DNA of 29,020 bases, taken from positions 1-29,020 of the IMG/VR virus record IMGVR_UViG_3300028569_000129; one strand, given 5' to 3'. How positions within the stretch are numbered: position 1 is the first letter of the stretch; the number at the start of each line of letters is the position of its first letter. The DNA is from a virus. Lineage: Duplodnaviria; Caudoviricetes. The notes below the pieces were generated by a model. That model had not been told where the DNA came from. It made no database searches and was given only the letters and a program-made list of their open reading frames with translations. This document shows, in pieces, positions 9,301 through 21,400 of this stretch. The position numbers and the translations under genes are program-made.

Positions 9301-10895
9301 GACTCATTAGTAACAAAGTTTCCGTTTTTTTGATAAATTGAAAAAGTTGATTGATTACTTATTGCATCTTTAAGAAATGCAGTAGCCCCACTTCTCTTGC
9401 CTTTAATAAATGTAGGAACACTTAAAGTAATTGGTTGATTTAATGTTATTTCAGATACTGTTTGTATGTCATATAATGAAATATTCCACCGATTTAAGTT
9501 AGAATTAAGCACATCATATGAACCAGATTCCAAATAAAAATCATAAACTCTGGCAACACCAATTTCTTTACCTGATGCGATTGTACTTAAAGTTCCAACT
9601 CTTTCATCTCTTAAACTTAAAACATAAGTATTTCCGATACCAGTTAATGGAGCTCCATATACTCTATTTAATGTGAAAGTAGAACCAGTATTAAAACTTA
9701 TTGCTTGGTTGTCTAAAGATGTGGTTGTTCTTGGTTTTGGTACGTCCAAGAAGTTTGAACTGATAGTTTCTACTTCATATCCACGAACAAATGCTTTTCC
9801 TGGAGATATTTGATATAATGCCAAATCTTTGTTTGGAACTGAACCACCATACGTTAATCGATCTGCAGAAAATATTCCACCATTTCCCTCACCATCATTG
9901 AGAGATTCTTTAATTGAAACATCAAAGGGTTTTATTGTATAATCACCAGACTCTGCAAAAGTTCTTCTTGCAAATTCATCTGCTATTAAATTATAATCGG
10001 TATTGGTTTTTTTAGATCTTAAAGTTCCATCTTGAGTTGTGGCGAGCTCTACAAAGTCATTGTCATCAAAATTGTCTAATGATTTTTTTCCTAATTTAAG
10101 TGTTATTTTTAATCTATCAGAACCTGGGGCAGAATAATTATTAAATCCTCTAGAATTATCATTTAAACTTTCATCTATATCAGAATTTATAATTTTTTCT
10201 GTGATTATTAATCCAATTCTATAACTTGGTTTATTTGAATATTGATCCAACAATAAAACTTCAGAGTCTACATTTATAAATCTCCCACGAATAAAATAAA
10301 CACCGCTATTTATTGAAAATGAGGATCCAGTGGCAGTTGCATTTGTTTGTATAGTAGATGCAAAAGGTTGTCCTGCTGCAATTATTGTTGTACCCAGATT
10401 CTCTGTGTTAATGTTTTCAGAACAAATTAATAATTCACCATCAGAAAAAATTTCTAAGGTATTATTATCTGGACTTGAATTTAAATATTGAATATAAAGA
10501 GTCGTGTTACCCCTCTCAGAGTCTTTTGATAATAAAATTCTATCAACTATAGCCGAAACTCCTGAGGTTAATCCTGTAATTTTTTTTCCAATTAAAGAAT
10601 TGACATAAGTGTCTATTGGAACTCCAACATATGTATTTTGAAGTTGAACGGAATAATAAAAAAGATTATATCCTGTATTTCCCGGAATAACTTTTGCACC
10701 TTCTTTAAAAAAATGTTGCCCAAATTTCTCTATTTGATTTTGCAATATTGATTGTAAAGTAGTTAACTCTCTTGCCTGAACAGGGTATCCAGGTTTAAAA
10801 AGAACCTGATAATAATCTTTATCTTTTGCTCCCACCTCTGGCGAATTAAAGTCATCGAAGTATGGAGAAACGTTGAGATTGGTAACCTGTGACAT
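3345..10895 (-). CDS. Large virion structural protein, VrlC / DUF4815-like (2516 aa)
   Basis: TNLNVSPYFDDF...YQVLFKPGYPVQARELTTLQSILQNQIEKFG, NNYSAPGSDRLKI, RFKSGFFVDNF, DPLAQSF, GSLFKSQNGSTWDASQWEDLKF and the C-terminal PPRIKEFRTISLA; follows gp8 as in cyanomyoviruses. Confidence 0.85.
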   Translation of the reverse strand: MSQVTNLNVSPYFDDFNSPEVGAKDKDYYQVLFKPGYPVQARELTTLQSILQNQIEKFGQHFFKEGAKVIPGNTGYNLFYYSVQLQNTYVGVPIDTYVNSLIGKKITGLTSGVSAIVDRILLSKDSERGNTTLYIQYLNSSPDNNTLEIFSDGELLICSENINTENLGTTIIAAGQPFASTIQTNATATGSSFSINSGVYFIRGRFINVDSEVLLLDQYSNKPSYRIGLIITEKIINSDIDESLNDNSRGFNNYSAPGSDRLKITLKLGKKSLDNFDDNDFVELATTQDGTLRSKKTNTDYNLIADEFARRTFAESGDYTIKPFDVSIKESLNDGEGNGGIFSADRLTYGGSVPNKDLALYQISPGKAFVRGYEVETISSNFLDVPKPRTTTSLDNQAISFNTGSTFTLNRVYGAPLTGIGNTYVLSLRDERVGTLSTIASGKEIGVARVYDFYLESGSYDVLNSNLNRWNISLYDIQTVSEITLNQPITLSVPTFIKGKRSGATAFLKDAISNQSTFSIYQKNGNFVTNESFIINGIENTRVSIAITSYGISDVKSVYGIVGSAKTFTSDILQTNLLSVGSANISPIDSGISTVTTTNVNFPNNDLKINSLVQYSDPNHLDPIFAKIIGISTSSVTIVGVATVTGICTGKLPTNNLSVSDFQVLTTKLNFSYDNTFFTRLSKSNISNVDLKNSSLTIRKTYNVDIVGNQLSLTVSAGNNETFLPFDEERYTLVRSNGSYEILTSDKFEFTLGSQSLMIYGLGSDDVGATLHTTLRKISPTNKIKNKKRINTIIVDKSSKSSSGIGSTTLNDGLTYGNYPYGTRIQDEQISLNVPDVIRIFGIFESIDNNDPSAPKMTLNSINSPTSKTSDLVVGEKIIGRTSGAIGLIAERLNDSQISFIAISSSNFLEGEVIKCQESNVEAIITSLSSTSLDISPKFTFSSGQNGYFYDVGILSRKSKESAPLRKIKVYFLNGYYDSSDNGDITTTNSYDSFDYATEIQRVNGIRNTDIVDIRPVVSNYSVFENSRSPFEFYGRTFNASGNSATNILASDESISISFSHYLGRHDRIFLSSDGKLQVSYGVPSEKFEPPISIEGALEIASIKLPPYLYNVKDASIKFLEHKGYTMSDIRRLETRIKNLEYYTSLSLLETNTANLFIADSNGLNRFKSGFFVDNFKTLLSQEESVSIKNSIDVKNSEIRPRHYTTSLDLIVGPVENINPNRDLAFVQPEGINIKKTGDIITLDYTEVEWLKQTFATRTESITPYIISFWQATLELTPPSDTWVDTVRLEPRIINQEGNYAETVANAVINLGFNPNTGFAPVAWNAWETNWIGQEIVTNVTEKQEVSNRVRTGSSGTWHDGAGWTWRRDTFQTTVTTTEETRQETITTGEESRTGSQTFISEQFDVTAQGEKLLSRDLVAFMRSRNVQIVSKRLKPLTRLYAFFDNIEVTQYCIPKLLNISMKSGTFVVGETVIGTLDTSGINRSIPGTTPRIVFRLASSKHKEGPYNSPTSQFTQNPYTSRVIPPSYSSTSEILNIDTFSLSDKVQGEYGGWVSPGMIFVGQTSGAVATLNDVKLISTISSDWMGSFFIPNPNVSTNPRFETGTKMFTLINSETNNQDKATTIGEESYSSSGILETFQEDIISVRNARIENKQRFEERAIFSTTGPQLINSIITGQTTRSESQDVFVDPLAQSFLVEESNGIFITSCEVYFQSKDDLGIPCIFQIRTMQTGVPTQKVLPFSEIVLSPDEINVSDDGSIPTKFTFKSPVYLEGGGTSYAMCLLSISTKYQVYISRVGEEDIQTQTFISNQPYLGSLFKSQNGSTWDASQWEDLKFNLYRAEFATKGNVQFYNPVLSEGNSQVATLLPDSLSFQSREIRIGLSTSITDSELKLGNTIVQQGTNATGNYVGSAGSATGSLTITNSGIGYTPSSGGKTFNGINLVTISGSGRNATANITISNGVSVAATIGNGGFGYRIGDVLGIGIIGNIPIGRNARLSVVSIGNTNELILSDVQGEFIVSGVGNTVRYNNNSGDNVGLNSMSGGNVQISNIQVVNDGLHILVNHVNHGMHFADNYVTLSNIQSDVLPTKLSLAYTSDSTSALSVENASSFSTFENVGVGTTNPGYLLIGDEIISYTQVSGNNIGGTITRVFSPTSSVPGEVSVNLFKRDYPAGTLVYKYELCGVSLRRINKTHNLQDSTISDSISFDSYNIKLDTSLNGIDRSNDAGYPKLYTNKTRFAGGNNIKATQNIPFEIISPMIQNTTVSGTKLDGKIRTITGQSISGSEVPYQNNGFENISINKSNYLTSTRLICSNVNETNNFTGLNIPGNKSFNLQLDLETVDTKVSPVIDSQRISAIFVSNRVNSVITDYAEDSRVNDSLTDPTSFQYISKEISVENPATSLKVILSAYINEYSDIRVFYAIGDKGGFKPIFVPFPGYSNLDYRGRIIDSTNNDGTSDSLVPKSQSLQFESSSLDFKEYTFTADELPPFRLYRIKFLATSTNQTYPPRIKEFRTISLA

Positions 10896-10901
10896 TTTTT
10901 T

Positions 10902-12458
10902 TTAAAATTGCAATATTACTTTGATGTCTTCCTTTTGATTGGTTGACCTTGTAATGGATGGGCGATTATCAACATAAATTATGTTTCCAGTGTGCTTTTT
11001 AACCTCTGGATTGGATAAACCATCAGTAAATGATTGTCCAAGATAGTATGTTCTATTATTTATTACAGTAGATATACCCGTAAATGAGGTGTCGATACCA
11101 AGTGGAACTGATCCGCCATTGATTGTTAAACTTCCACCACTTAAAGGAGAACTTAAAAATTTGTTTAACTCATATCCATAGATAGGATTTGTTATTCCTA
11201 TTCCTGCTCCTGGAGTTGTTGTAAATCCAGCAAGAGTCCTATCTTGCCAATATTTTAAAACTGCAGTGGTTTGATCATAACTTATTACTTTACCAGATGC
11301 GGTTATTCCCAATCCTATCGTTTGAGTAATAGTGGTATTTATCTCAAAAGTAGATGATGTTGCTGAATTACCATCCAATTTGATTGCATAAACGGCACTT
11401 GCTTTACTTAAACTTAAATTTTGTATAGACTCATATGCCTTTGGATTTTCTACTATACCAATTCTAGAAATCTGATTTCCAGTAATAAAATCTGGATTTT
11501 CTACATCATTTTCAATTCTTGAATATAGAAGAACATTTTTTGCACCAAGTTCTCTGTAAATATTTGCACCATGACCTCCATCAGGAGGGATAATTACATT
11601 AAAAACTGGAACAGTAGATCCTAAAGGAACATTTCCTGCTACCAAATCAACATTCCCATAAGTATATCCAGATCCTTGATTTGATACTGTAATGGATTCA
11701 ACTTTTTGATCAGCATCAATAGATACAGTACACTCTGCTCCAACACCATCACCTTTAATTGGAACTCTTGTATAGGTTCCGTTAGCCACCCCGACTCCAA
11801 CTCCTCTATCTATAATAGTAACTATTTTAATTGATCCATCAACAGCATTATCTCTTATTGCAGCATTGTCAGCAGAAGTTTCCCAATTTAATGGTACTGA
11901 AATGAAATCTATAGATTCAAACTTTGATATTTCAGAGGGTTTTATAGTATATAAGTATTTCCAAATATAACCATCTCCACTAGTTCCTGCAGATTTTGGT
12001 TCTAAATCTGTAAATACTGGTTCATCCAGTGAAGGTTGTCCCGTTGGAGTTTCTGGAGTTGTACCGTTTTGTAAGCATATATAAACTCGATAATCACTAT
12101 TAACCACAAAATACCTAGAAGAATATAGGTTTGTAGATCCAGATCTTGCTGGTTTTGAAATACTATAGTCGTGACGATACATATCATAAGTTGTCCCAGA
12201 TACCCAAAAAAGTTTGCGAACAACTAATGCAACATCACTTTTATCTATTTTTTTTAATGCAATCATTGTGTCCCAATAATTATTTTCCTCATCAAAATTG
12301 TCAGAAGGACTTGGTGGGTTTACGTCCCAGTCAGATTGTATATTTGTTGGGTTGGTTAATCCAACAAAAGAATAATATGAATTTGTGGACGTTGTTACAC
12401 CCGCAACAAAATTCTTTGCATTCAAAATTCGAATTTGATCAGTTATAATTGCTGCCAT
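10902..12458 (-). CDS. gp8: Baseplate wedge subunit gp8
   Basis: MAAIITDQIRILNAKNF, WVSGTTYDMYRHDY, YFVVNSDYRVYICLQNG, GDGYIWKYLYTI, C-terminal GNIIYVDNRPSITRSTNQKEDIKVILQF. Confidence 0.92.
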   Translation of the reverse strand: MAAIITDQIRILNAKNFVAGVTTSTNSYYSFVGLTNPTNIQSDWDVNPPSPSDNFDEENNYWDTMIALKKIDKSDVALVVRKLFWVSGTTYDMYRHDYSISKPARSGSTNLYSSRYFVVNSDYRVYICLQNGTTPETPTGQPSLDEPVFTDLEPKSAGTSGDGYIWKYLYTIKPSEISKFESIDFISVPLNWETSADNAAIRDNAVDGSIKIVTIIDRGVGVGVANGTYTRVPIKGDGVGAECTVSIDADQKVESITVSNQGSGYTYGNVDLVAGNVPLGSTVPVFNVIIPPDGGHGANIYRELGAKNVLLYSRIENDVENPDFITGNQISRIGIVENPKAYESIQNLSLSKASAVYAIKLDGNSATSSTFEINTTITQTIGLGITASGKVISYDQTTAVLKYWQDRTLAGFTTTPGAGIGITNPIYGYELNKFLSSPLSGGSLTINGGSVPLGIDTSFTGISTVINNRTYYLGQSFTDGLSNPEVKKHTGNIIYVDNRPSITRSTNQKEDIKVILQF

Positions 12459-12477
12459 TTTATGATAGTTTTTTACT

Positions 12478-12485
12478 TATTTATG
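12478..12485 (-). promoter_or_regulatory. T4-type late promoter core (CATAAATA)
   Basis: ATAAATA in the 28-nt gap between gp7 and gp8, ending 19 nt upstream of the gp8 ATG. Confidence 0.7.
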
Positions 12486-12486
12486 G

Positions 12487-15400
12487 TTAAATGATATAGT
12501 TTGAATATTTGAGAGGATTTTTTCTATTTAATATAGATCCTGTTTTTATTCCAGTAACTCCATTTTTTGTGTATGCATTGTATTCTTTAGATGTGTTGGA
12601 TTCAGATCTATTATCAAATAATAATCTTCCCCAACTATACTCTCCATAAAAACTACTAAAACCGAAACCAGATAATGAATTATAGTTAGAAAGACTTACA
12701 ACTACTTTAGCTACATATGTCAACCCAAATCCAACAGCGTGTGTTTGTGCAATTGAAACTGAAGAAACTTCATATACATTATCCAAATAAGAAGTTCCAA
12801 TACCAACTACTGAACCATTAGAGTCTAAAGAAGTCACTCCATTACCAACATTTGAATTGTAAACAATAAAATAATATCCGGTTTGAATTCCACTTACAGT
12901 TGTTATACCAGATACTGATGTTATACCTGCTATATTAGATCCTCTTAAAAAAGAATCTTTTGAAATTAATAAATCAAAAACTATTCCAGTTGAAGCAATA
13001 CCTACAGATATGGATGATATTCCACTAACTATTCCAAAATCTCCTTCGTAAGATAATATTTTATTATGCTCAAAAACAATTTTTGGAGATTCTATTAAAA
13101 CTATGGGTGGATTTGATGAAGTATATCCAAATCCAGGATTTGTAATAGCAATTGATATTACACTACTATTAGAAACAATTGCTAATGATTGAGCAGTAAA
13201 TGTTGTTCCAATCCCAACTCCAGATATTTCTGCGATGCTAACTGTTGGCGTGGTTGTATATCCAACTCCACCATCATTGATAATAATTGATGATATTGTA
13301 CCTGCAGAAGAAACAATGGCAGTTGCAGAGGCAGAAACTTTAGAATCCTGTGAAATTATAAATATATTTTTTTGAAAAGAAAGATGATCTAATGCAGGAC
13401 TTAATCCACTAGGATTAAGTTCATTTATTGGATTGAAAAATGGACGAATATTATCAACATAAACTTCTGTATCTCCAGCACCAACAGATTTAATTAAATA
13501 TGCTGAAGGGTTTATTGAAGCTTCGTAAATATCTCTACTCTTTCCAACTATTTTTGAATTTATAAAGACATCTTCTACTTGCCTACACCAATTAACTGGT
13601 CTTAAAAGATCTGGATTATCAACATTTCCTGGACCATAATATGAATTTGTGGAAACTACGTTTACATTAGGAACATCGATGACAATTCTCTCTTCTTCTT
13701 GAATAATTGGTGATTGCCCAAGAGATGCTGAATATTCGATTGTTAAATTGTCTCCAGCCTTTACTGTACTTAAAACTTCTCTTTTAAGTACATCAATATC
13801 ACCAGATCCTCTATAAAAAATAATATTTGATGTGTCTCCCTCCTTTGGGGCCTCTGTGAATATAATATTAGCACCACCTTTAAATGAATATCCCTCTCCA
13901 GGAACCTGTAAAATATTATTAATAAAAACCAATAAGGTATACTCCACTTTAATATTGGATCCTGGTCCAGAAAGAATAGAAATTGCCTCTCCTGCTAATT
14001 TTAAAGAAAAAACTCTTCTTTTACCATTGAATAAAGAATCAAAATTGTCAAGAACTTGCAATTCTCCAAGACTCCATCCAGAAAACTTATCATTAATTGT
14101 TTTTTCTATGGTTATTTTGAAAGGAATATAACTAGATGTTGTTGGAATTCCAGATAATCCACCAATTGGTAACGTTAAAATTTGTCCCTGTCCATATCCA
14201 TAACCAGTAGATTGAATTTCAAAATCTATAATACTTGATCCTTGTCCAACTACAATATCAATTTTTGCCCCAGTTCCAAATCCAGAAGATGGTGAACTAT
14301 AGATAAGTGGAATATTAGAATATGAATTTGGATCGTCAATAATAACAAAAGGAGAATTTTTTGTTGTATATCCAGATCCTGGATTTGTTATTGTGACTGA
14401 CGTAGATATTCTTCCAGAAATAATTGTTGAATATCCAACGTGTGTAATTGTGGCAATACCAGTAGAACTATTAGCTACCCCAATATTAACAATTCCAATT
14501 TGTGGATTGGATATCTTAACAACTGCTTGTGTTCCAGATGGAATAGCATATTGACTTGTTGATGCAGTTCCTATTCGAATGAAAGTAGACCCAATAGAAG
14601 TAATAACACCACCAATTCCAATAAATGTCCCGACACCAATACTGCAATTGGATCCTGTGTTAAGTAAACTTAAAATACTAAAAACACTATTACTATTTTC
14701 CAAGTAAATTGTTGTTGATCCTATTCCTACTGGATATGAAGTATCAGTAACTATTTCATATGATGGTGAAGTTCTATATCCAGATCCTGTATTTCCAATA
14801 CTAATTGATTGAACAGTTCCTGCAACGGAAATAATAGAAGTACCACCAGCAGATATTAGGGGTTGATATCCAAACCCAGATGTTGAACCAACAGAAACTA
14901 TCATTCCACCTCTAGGAAAGGAAGAAATTCCTATATCATTTCCAATTGTTTGTGCAGAACCTACAAAGGAAATATTCGTTTTCCCTAGAGACTCTGACAA
15001 AATATAGTCATCTGATATTCCATTTATTACTAAAGGTGCTTGGAATATTTCATTTATTAATATAATTGCATTATTTGTGGATATTCCAGATATATCTGAT
15101 CCAGATGATTTTAATGTAAAGGTAGAAGTTATTCCAGTAAAAGAATCTGATATATCATCAAATATATAATTTCTGTAATAAGTTTCATTTGAGTTGTTTG
15201 GTTCACCAGATCTCATGAACATTCTTCCATGGAATTTGGAATTGGTAGAAATTCCTAACCAGTCTCTTTCATCTGGACTATTTGTTGATGTTGATAGTGG
15301 AATATTGCCATAAGGAGCGGACACAAAATTTAAAGTATTTCCAATTATATTATAATTTCCGGTAACTTTAGTTACCAAAGATCCAGTAGAGTATCCAGCA

Positions 15401-18400
15401 TAATTTGTTCCCAACCAAGATCTTTTTACTCTTATTGCATTAGTGCTTCCTATTCCAACACCATCAATTCTAATAATTTCATTTCCAATTTTAATTAAAT
15501 CGCCACCAAAGAAAGAAGTTATTCCTGTAAAATAAATTATATCATCAATAGAATTAGCTTCTTTGGCAAGTGTTGTTGTTTGTGAAGTTGATACAATAGG
15601 CGATTGTATATTATTATCTAAAGTTATTAATACTTTATTGTTTTGATTGTGTGCTATTAATGTGTGTGAGGTTCCTATTCCAACGTGAGTAATATCAAAA
15701 GTAATGGGATTTGGTTTAAGAGCATTAATTGCACTTTCGGACAATCTTATCGTTTTGTCATCATTCTTCACCACATAAACTGTTGATGGAAGTTTATCAG
15801 TAATTCCAACTCCAGTGACAGAGGTAGTAGCAATACCAATAGCTTGTGTTGAACCAACTCCAGCATAAGTATACGTGAGTTTTTCTCCAGTAACAAAGAA
15901 ATGATTTGGTAGTTTGATAGTATTTTTAGTGATATCTACTATAGAACTATTATTTCCTAAAAAGTCTCTTACAAATACTGGATAAGTTTCATATGTCAAT
16001 CCAAATTCTCTTTTAATTTCAGTTTCTGTTCCAAAATATTCAGAAAAATCTGTTTCAACAATTGCATTATTAAAATTGATTTGATCTGGCAGCAAAGTTT
16101 CGTCATATTTAAATGCATTCATATAAACTTTAACTACTACATCTATATTTGGATTGGGTGTAAATGTTAGATTTGTGAAAGTTGAATGTGCAGATCCTAC
16201 AGTTCCTAGTCCAGAAGCAGTTTCTACGATAGCGTATTCCGTTTGATATGTTTGTGAATAAGTTTCGTTGTCAATTACCAAAACTTCGGACATTTGATGG
16301 TTGTTATTTGTTATATCAGAAACTTGAACTATAAAATATGCTGCATCATATGTTTGATCATATGTTTCAATAATATTTGATGTTGGTGAAGTTGAAGATG
16401 CTATTGATGTGGAACTTCCCCGAATAAGAACATGTCTCATTTGGTATGTTCCAATACCAGTAGATGAAGTATCACCAATAGAAACTCTAATTAGATTAAC
16501 TGTTGCCGCAATTCCAGGATTTGGTGCAAAATCTAAATTAATTTGAGATCCTGAAATATATGCATTATATGTTCCCAATCCAGAACCAACATATTCTTCA
16601 TTAGAAATATTGTTTATTTTACCAAATTCCAACAGTTTAACATCTGAACCATTATGAATTAAATTTAATTCATCATATTGAAATAACCCATTAGGAGTTC
16701 CTATTTCTACTAAAATTTTAGAAGAAATATAAGTAGTGGCAATTCCAACTATTGTAGTGGTAGATCCAGTTGAAACTAAAATACTGGAAGTTGCTATACT
16801 TACACACCCAAAATCAGAACTTCCAACAGAGGTTAAAGAATCTTTTATATTATATGATATTGATGTTATATCATAATCATTCACACTAAATTTATGTGGA
16901 TAAAATTGTAATATTACATCTGAACCATCTATTGCAACATCAAAATCACCTAAATCATCTTGACCCTCAACTCCATATTGATTTAAATATGTAAAATTGT
17001 CATTATCAATTAAAAATGTAGCCACTGTTAATTGTTTTTCATCTGGATATCTTGCATCTCTAGTAAAGATAATATATTTTTGTGTTCTTGCATAAGAAGT
17101 AGCAACTCTGTGTATAATTGCATATTGAGTTGATCTTGGATTACTATTGAATTGATTACTTATATCATCAAATAATAATACTCTATTTCCAATAGATTCG
17201 TTGTAATCTTTCAATATTACACTATTAAATATTATCTCGTCAGATACTATATTTGAATTTATATTTAATGCATTTTCAGAAACCAAATCAAAGTTATAAA
17301 CACAATTTAAATCTACAACACCAACAAGATCTAATTTTAAATCAATATCAGTTGAACCAACTACTAATGAATTCGTATTTAATGAATTTGATTCTAATTG
17401 ATAATCAGAAAACTTTTTAAATCCAGGTGTATGATTTAAATTACTTACAGCATCATTCCAATCATCATAATCTACTTTTGACTTAAGTGAGTAAGAAAAA
17501 TTTTGATAATAAAAACTATCTTGAATTCTTTGTGAAGTTTCATTTATTAAACCTGCATCATAAGACCATCCACCATAAACCTTTGAAAATGAATCTAGTT
17601 TATAATCAAATTCAAATCCTTGTGATTCTTTTATTAATGCTTGGGCATCGGAAGATTTTCCTAATAAAATTTGTCCCTCTTCAAAATCGTCTGTTGTTTC
17701 AATTATCACATATTCTGTTATTGGATCCAATCTAAATATTTTTCCCAAACTATTACTTGAAAGAGTTGTAACTTCTTCTCCCAAATAAAAAATATTTTTC
17801 TTTAATTTTAAATTAAATATTGGAAAATATTTTTCTGGAACCACTATTCCAGAAGATTCAACCGGATCAAAAATTCCTGGATCCTCACCTTCAGATAAAA
17901 ATCCACTCAAATTATAAACAATATTTGCTGTTAATCCACCATAATTGGGATTTATATTTTTAACAGTAAAAAGTTCATAGTTATAATTTTCTGAGTTATA
18001 TCCTTTTGCTGTGGAACCAGAACTCACAGAAATTCCTTCCACAATAATTTTTTCATTTATTGAAAATGGAAATCCAGAAACTGTTGTAAATCCAACAGAT
18101 AATGTTAATGTTACATCCTTAGTAGTGGAATTATAAGATATGCTTGATATACCAATCCCATTACAATTTTGAATTGGTAAAATTGTAGGAATTACCTCAA
18201 ATATTCCTTTTGTATTTTTTAATATAGATACTGAATTATCAGATACATTATATCTAAGATCTACATCATTTATTCTATTTTTAGTTTTTCCATCAATAAC
18301 TATTAGTTTTGGTGCAACAACATATCCAATACCAGAAGAAGTAATTCCAACATTATCAAATGAAGATAATGGTTCCAATTTTAAAATTTTTGGAATTCTA

Positions 18401-21400
18401 AAAGTTGGTCTCATAGTAAAATCTGTTGGATAATCAAATCCTATGTTCTTTATTCTTGTACTTTTAATTGCACCAATAGAAGAACTTTGCAAATTTAAAA
18501 TCGCACCGCTACCATTATTAGTAATAATTGAAGATATTCCTGGTAGAACATCAAAATTATAACCACCACTGATAATATCCACAGAATTTATTGGTCCAGA
18601 TACATTTACAGAATCTGTAATATAATTTATTTCAGAATTTTCACTTGTATATGATATTTCTTCTGGATATTTTTCTAAATTATATGTAAAAGTATTGCCA
18701 GTAGAAACTAAAATTTCATAATTTCCATTATAAAAACTATTTTTAATAAAAATACTATTATTTTCAAACACTTCATTGTCTATTACTATTTCTTTTTTAG
18801 TTTCTGGTATTGACAAAAGATTTGTTGGATTTAATTTATAATATAATAATTGCGGGGTTTTTTCATTTATATTAACCAATACTTGAGCATTAGTAGAAAC
18901 CCCAATAATTCCCTTTTTTTGGATTGTAAGAGAATTATTTTCTATTTTTTCATATTTTTTATTGAAATTTGAAGAAACAAACAAGTCAAAATCAAAAGAT
19001 GAAACAGAAGATGTATCTTGATTGTGAGATAATGAAGAATCTGAAAGATCAAAAATTAATGTGGAATTTTTATAAGCATTGAGTTGAGGATTGATTAGAG
19101 ACAGTGTTCCGTCAGATGAACTTGATAAATTGATAAATGAAGGTTTTGAATTTGTTGAATCATAAAAAGTATTTGAAAGTCTGATATTATCTTTATCTAC
19201 AACATTAATATAATAAATCTTATTGTTTTCTAACCCACCAGAAGGAGAATTTGCAGTATGAATTATTTTTTGTCCTTCTAACAAATCATGTCTTATAATA
19301 GTTATAGTATTGGTGGTAATATTGACATCTGCAGCTAAAAAAGATTTTGATCCTATTGTTATTCTTCTATTATAATCATTATATTTTACTATAAAAGTTT
19401 TCGATATTTTTGGATTTACTTCAATAGTAACAAAGTCATTACTTGATAATCCATGTGTTTCTGCAGTAGAAACCGTTACTAAATTTTTATCAATCCTTCC
19501 AGTTAAAATTTCTGGATAATTTACTTTAAAACTATGATAAAAACCGGTACCAATACCGCTAAAATAAAGTGTACTTATGTTTTGTGTAGTTGAAGCAATT
19601 CCAACAATTGTTCCAGTAGTTCCGATACCAACTTTAATTGTTGATATGCCTATTAAATCTGAAGTTATTTTCGCAACATAAAATATTGTATTGTTTATGA
19701 CTGAAGTTGTTCCAATTCCAGTTGTAAATGTTTGTATGGTACTTCCACCATTAGAATTGTACAGTAAATTGTCTCCAGTTTGTAAATTATGATTTTCAAT
19801 GTAAAGTGTCTTTGTTGGTATGAAAATTTCTGTTATTCCAGCACCTGGATTTGAAAATATTATGGTTGTACCTATTCCAACTCCAGAAATAGTTCCCAAC
19901 CCCAGAGATTCTGATGGATTGAAATAAATTTCTCTATTTTTTAAATTTGAAAAAGAAGTTCTATATCCAACATTTACATTGAATTTTCTTGAAATCTCAT
20001 ATATTGGAGTGCCTGCAGTATGAGAAAAACCTACTGTTCCGTCAATTTCTCTTAATATTCTAATTCTAGATGAAAGTGTGTCAATATTTAGAACCTTTAC
20101 CTTTTCTTGTCCAATTTGTAAGATATCATTTTCTCTAATATTTGGATAAAGTAAACTTCCTTTAATTGAAATATAAGTAACTATTCCAGTCACTCCAGTA
20201 GATGATATTCCTAAAGTTGTTGTTCCAATTCCTGATAATAAAAGATTGTTTGTGGATATTCCTATTTTATAAAATCCCTCCATAAATGAAGAAGATGTAC
20301 TTAATCCAGATATTTCAATTAAATCAAAATTGTTTAATCCATGAGGCAAAGAAGAGAACCCAATAAAATTTCCACTTCCACCAACAGGATAAAATTCTAT
20401 GTTTGTGATACTGGTACTTGATACACTTACTGAATTTACCCCCTTTCCTGAAATTTTTGATACTTTAGATTTGAACCCACCACTTCCAATGTTTGTTACA
20501 TCTAATATTAACTCATCACCTACCTTATAATCTATTCCGCCTGTTACAACACCAACACTTTCAATTGATCCAACATCTATGGTTTTTACTTCTGATATAT
20601 GTTCTTTTAGTTTATTTGGAAAAATTAAATATTCATAATAACTATTTTTTTCATTCAAATTATATGAGTGTGAATTTCTTAACCAAGTATTATCATTCAA
20701 ATCATATTCATCTTGATTTGAATTTGGATTGAAATTAAACAGATTTGGTTTTGATACATAATTTTTTCCTATTAAAAATGGGAATTTTGGTTTTCTAAAT
20801 CCATTAAAAATTCCACCACTTTCTAAAGCAGTTTCAAAAGTTGCAAAGTAAGCATAAGTACCATTTGGAAAGTCTGGAGTTTTGCAAAATCTGCCATTAT
20901 TTTCATCCAAAACAGTTTCATCATCTGATGGAAAATATTTAAAGTCCTCAACAAAAAATTCTGGAGGAAGTGGTGGCCTATTAGAATCCAAAGATAAAAT
21001 ATATCCAGATTTCATTCTGACAACAGAACCACCTTTTTTTGATATGTATGCATAAGGTCCATATATTGGATTTCCATCATACGCCCACCCAATTATTGGT
21101 GAATGGTTGAGTGAATCAATTTCTCTTCCCACTCCATCTAATTGTTGAAGATCGGTTTCCAAATATTTCGAAATTCCTGAAGAATCTGTAGAATATGATG
21201 TTTTTCTAAGTTCTCTAGGGGCATATAGATGACAATATTCTAATCCATAATTTCTATTAATTGAAGTATAAACTATACCATCATCATCATTAAGAATATC
21301 AAAATATTTCTTAAATAAGTTGATATTCCAAGATTTTATATTGGATATGAATTTTACTCCAGATCCAGGAGAAACAACCTTTATATTTGTTAAATTTTGA

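Noticed and set aside
10893-10904. Readthrough or slippage fusing gp8 to the in-frame VrlC-like gene (QF*KKMSQ, A9 run)
   Set aside because: Both proteins have normal termini, sharing a frame has a 1-in-3 chance, and no stimulatory structure was seen.
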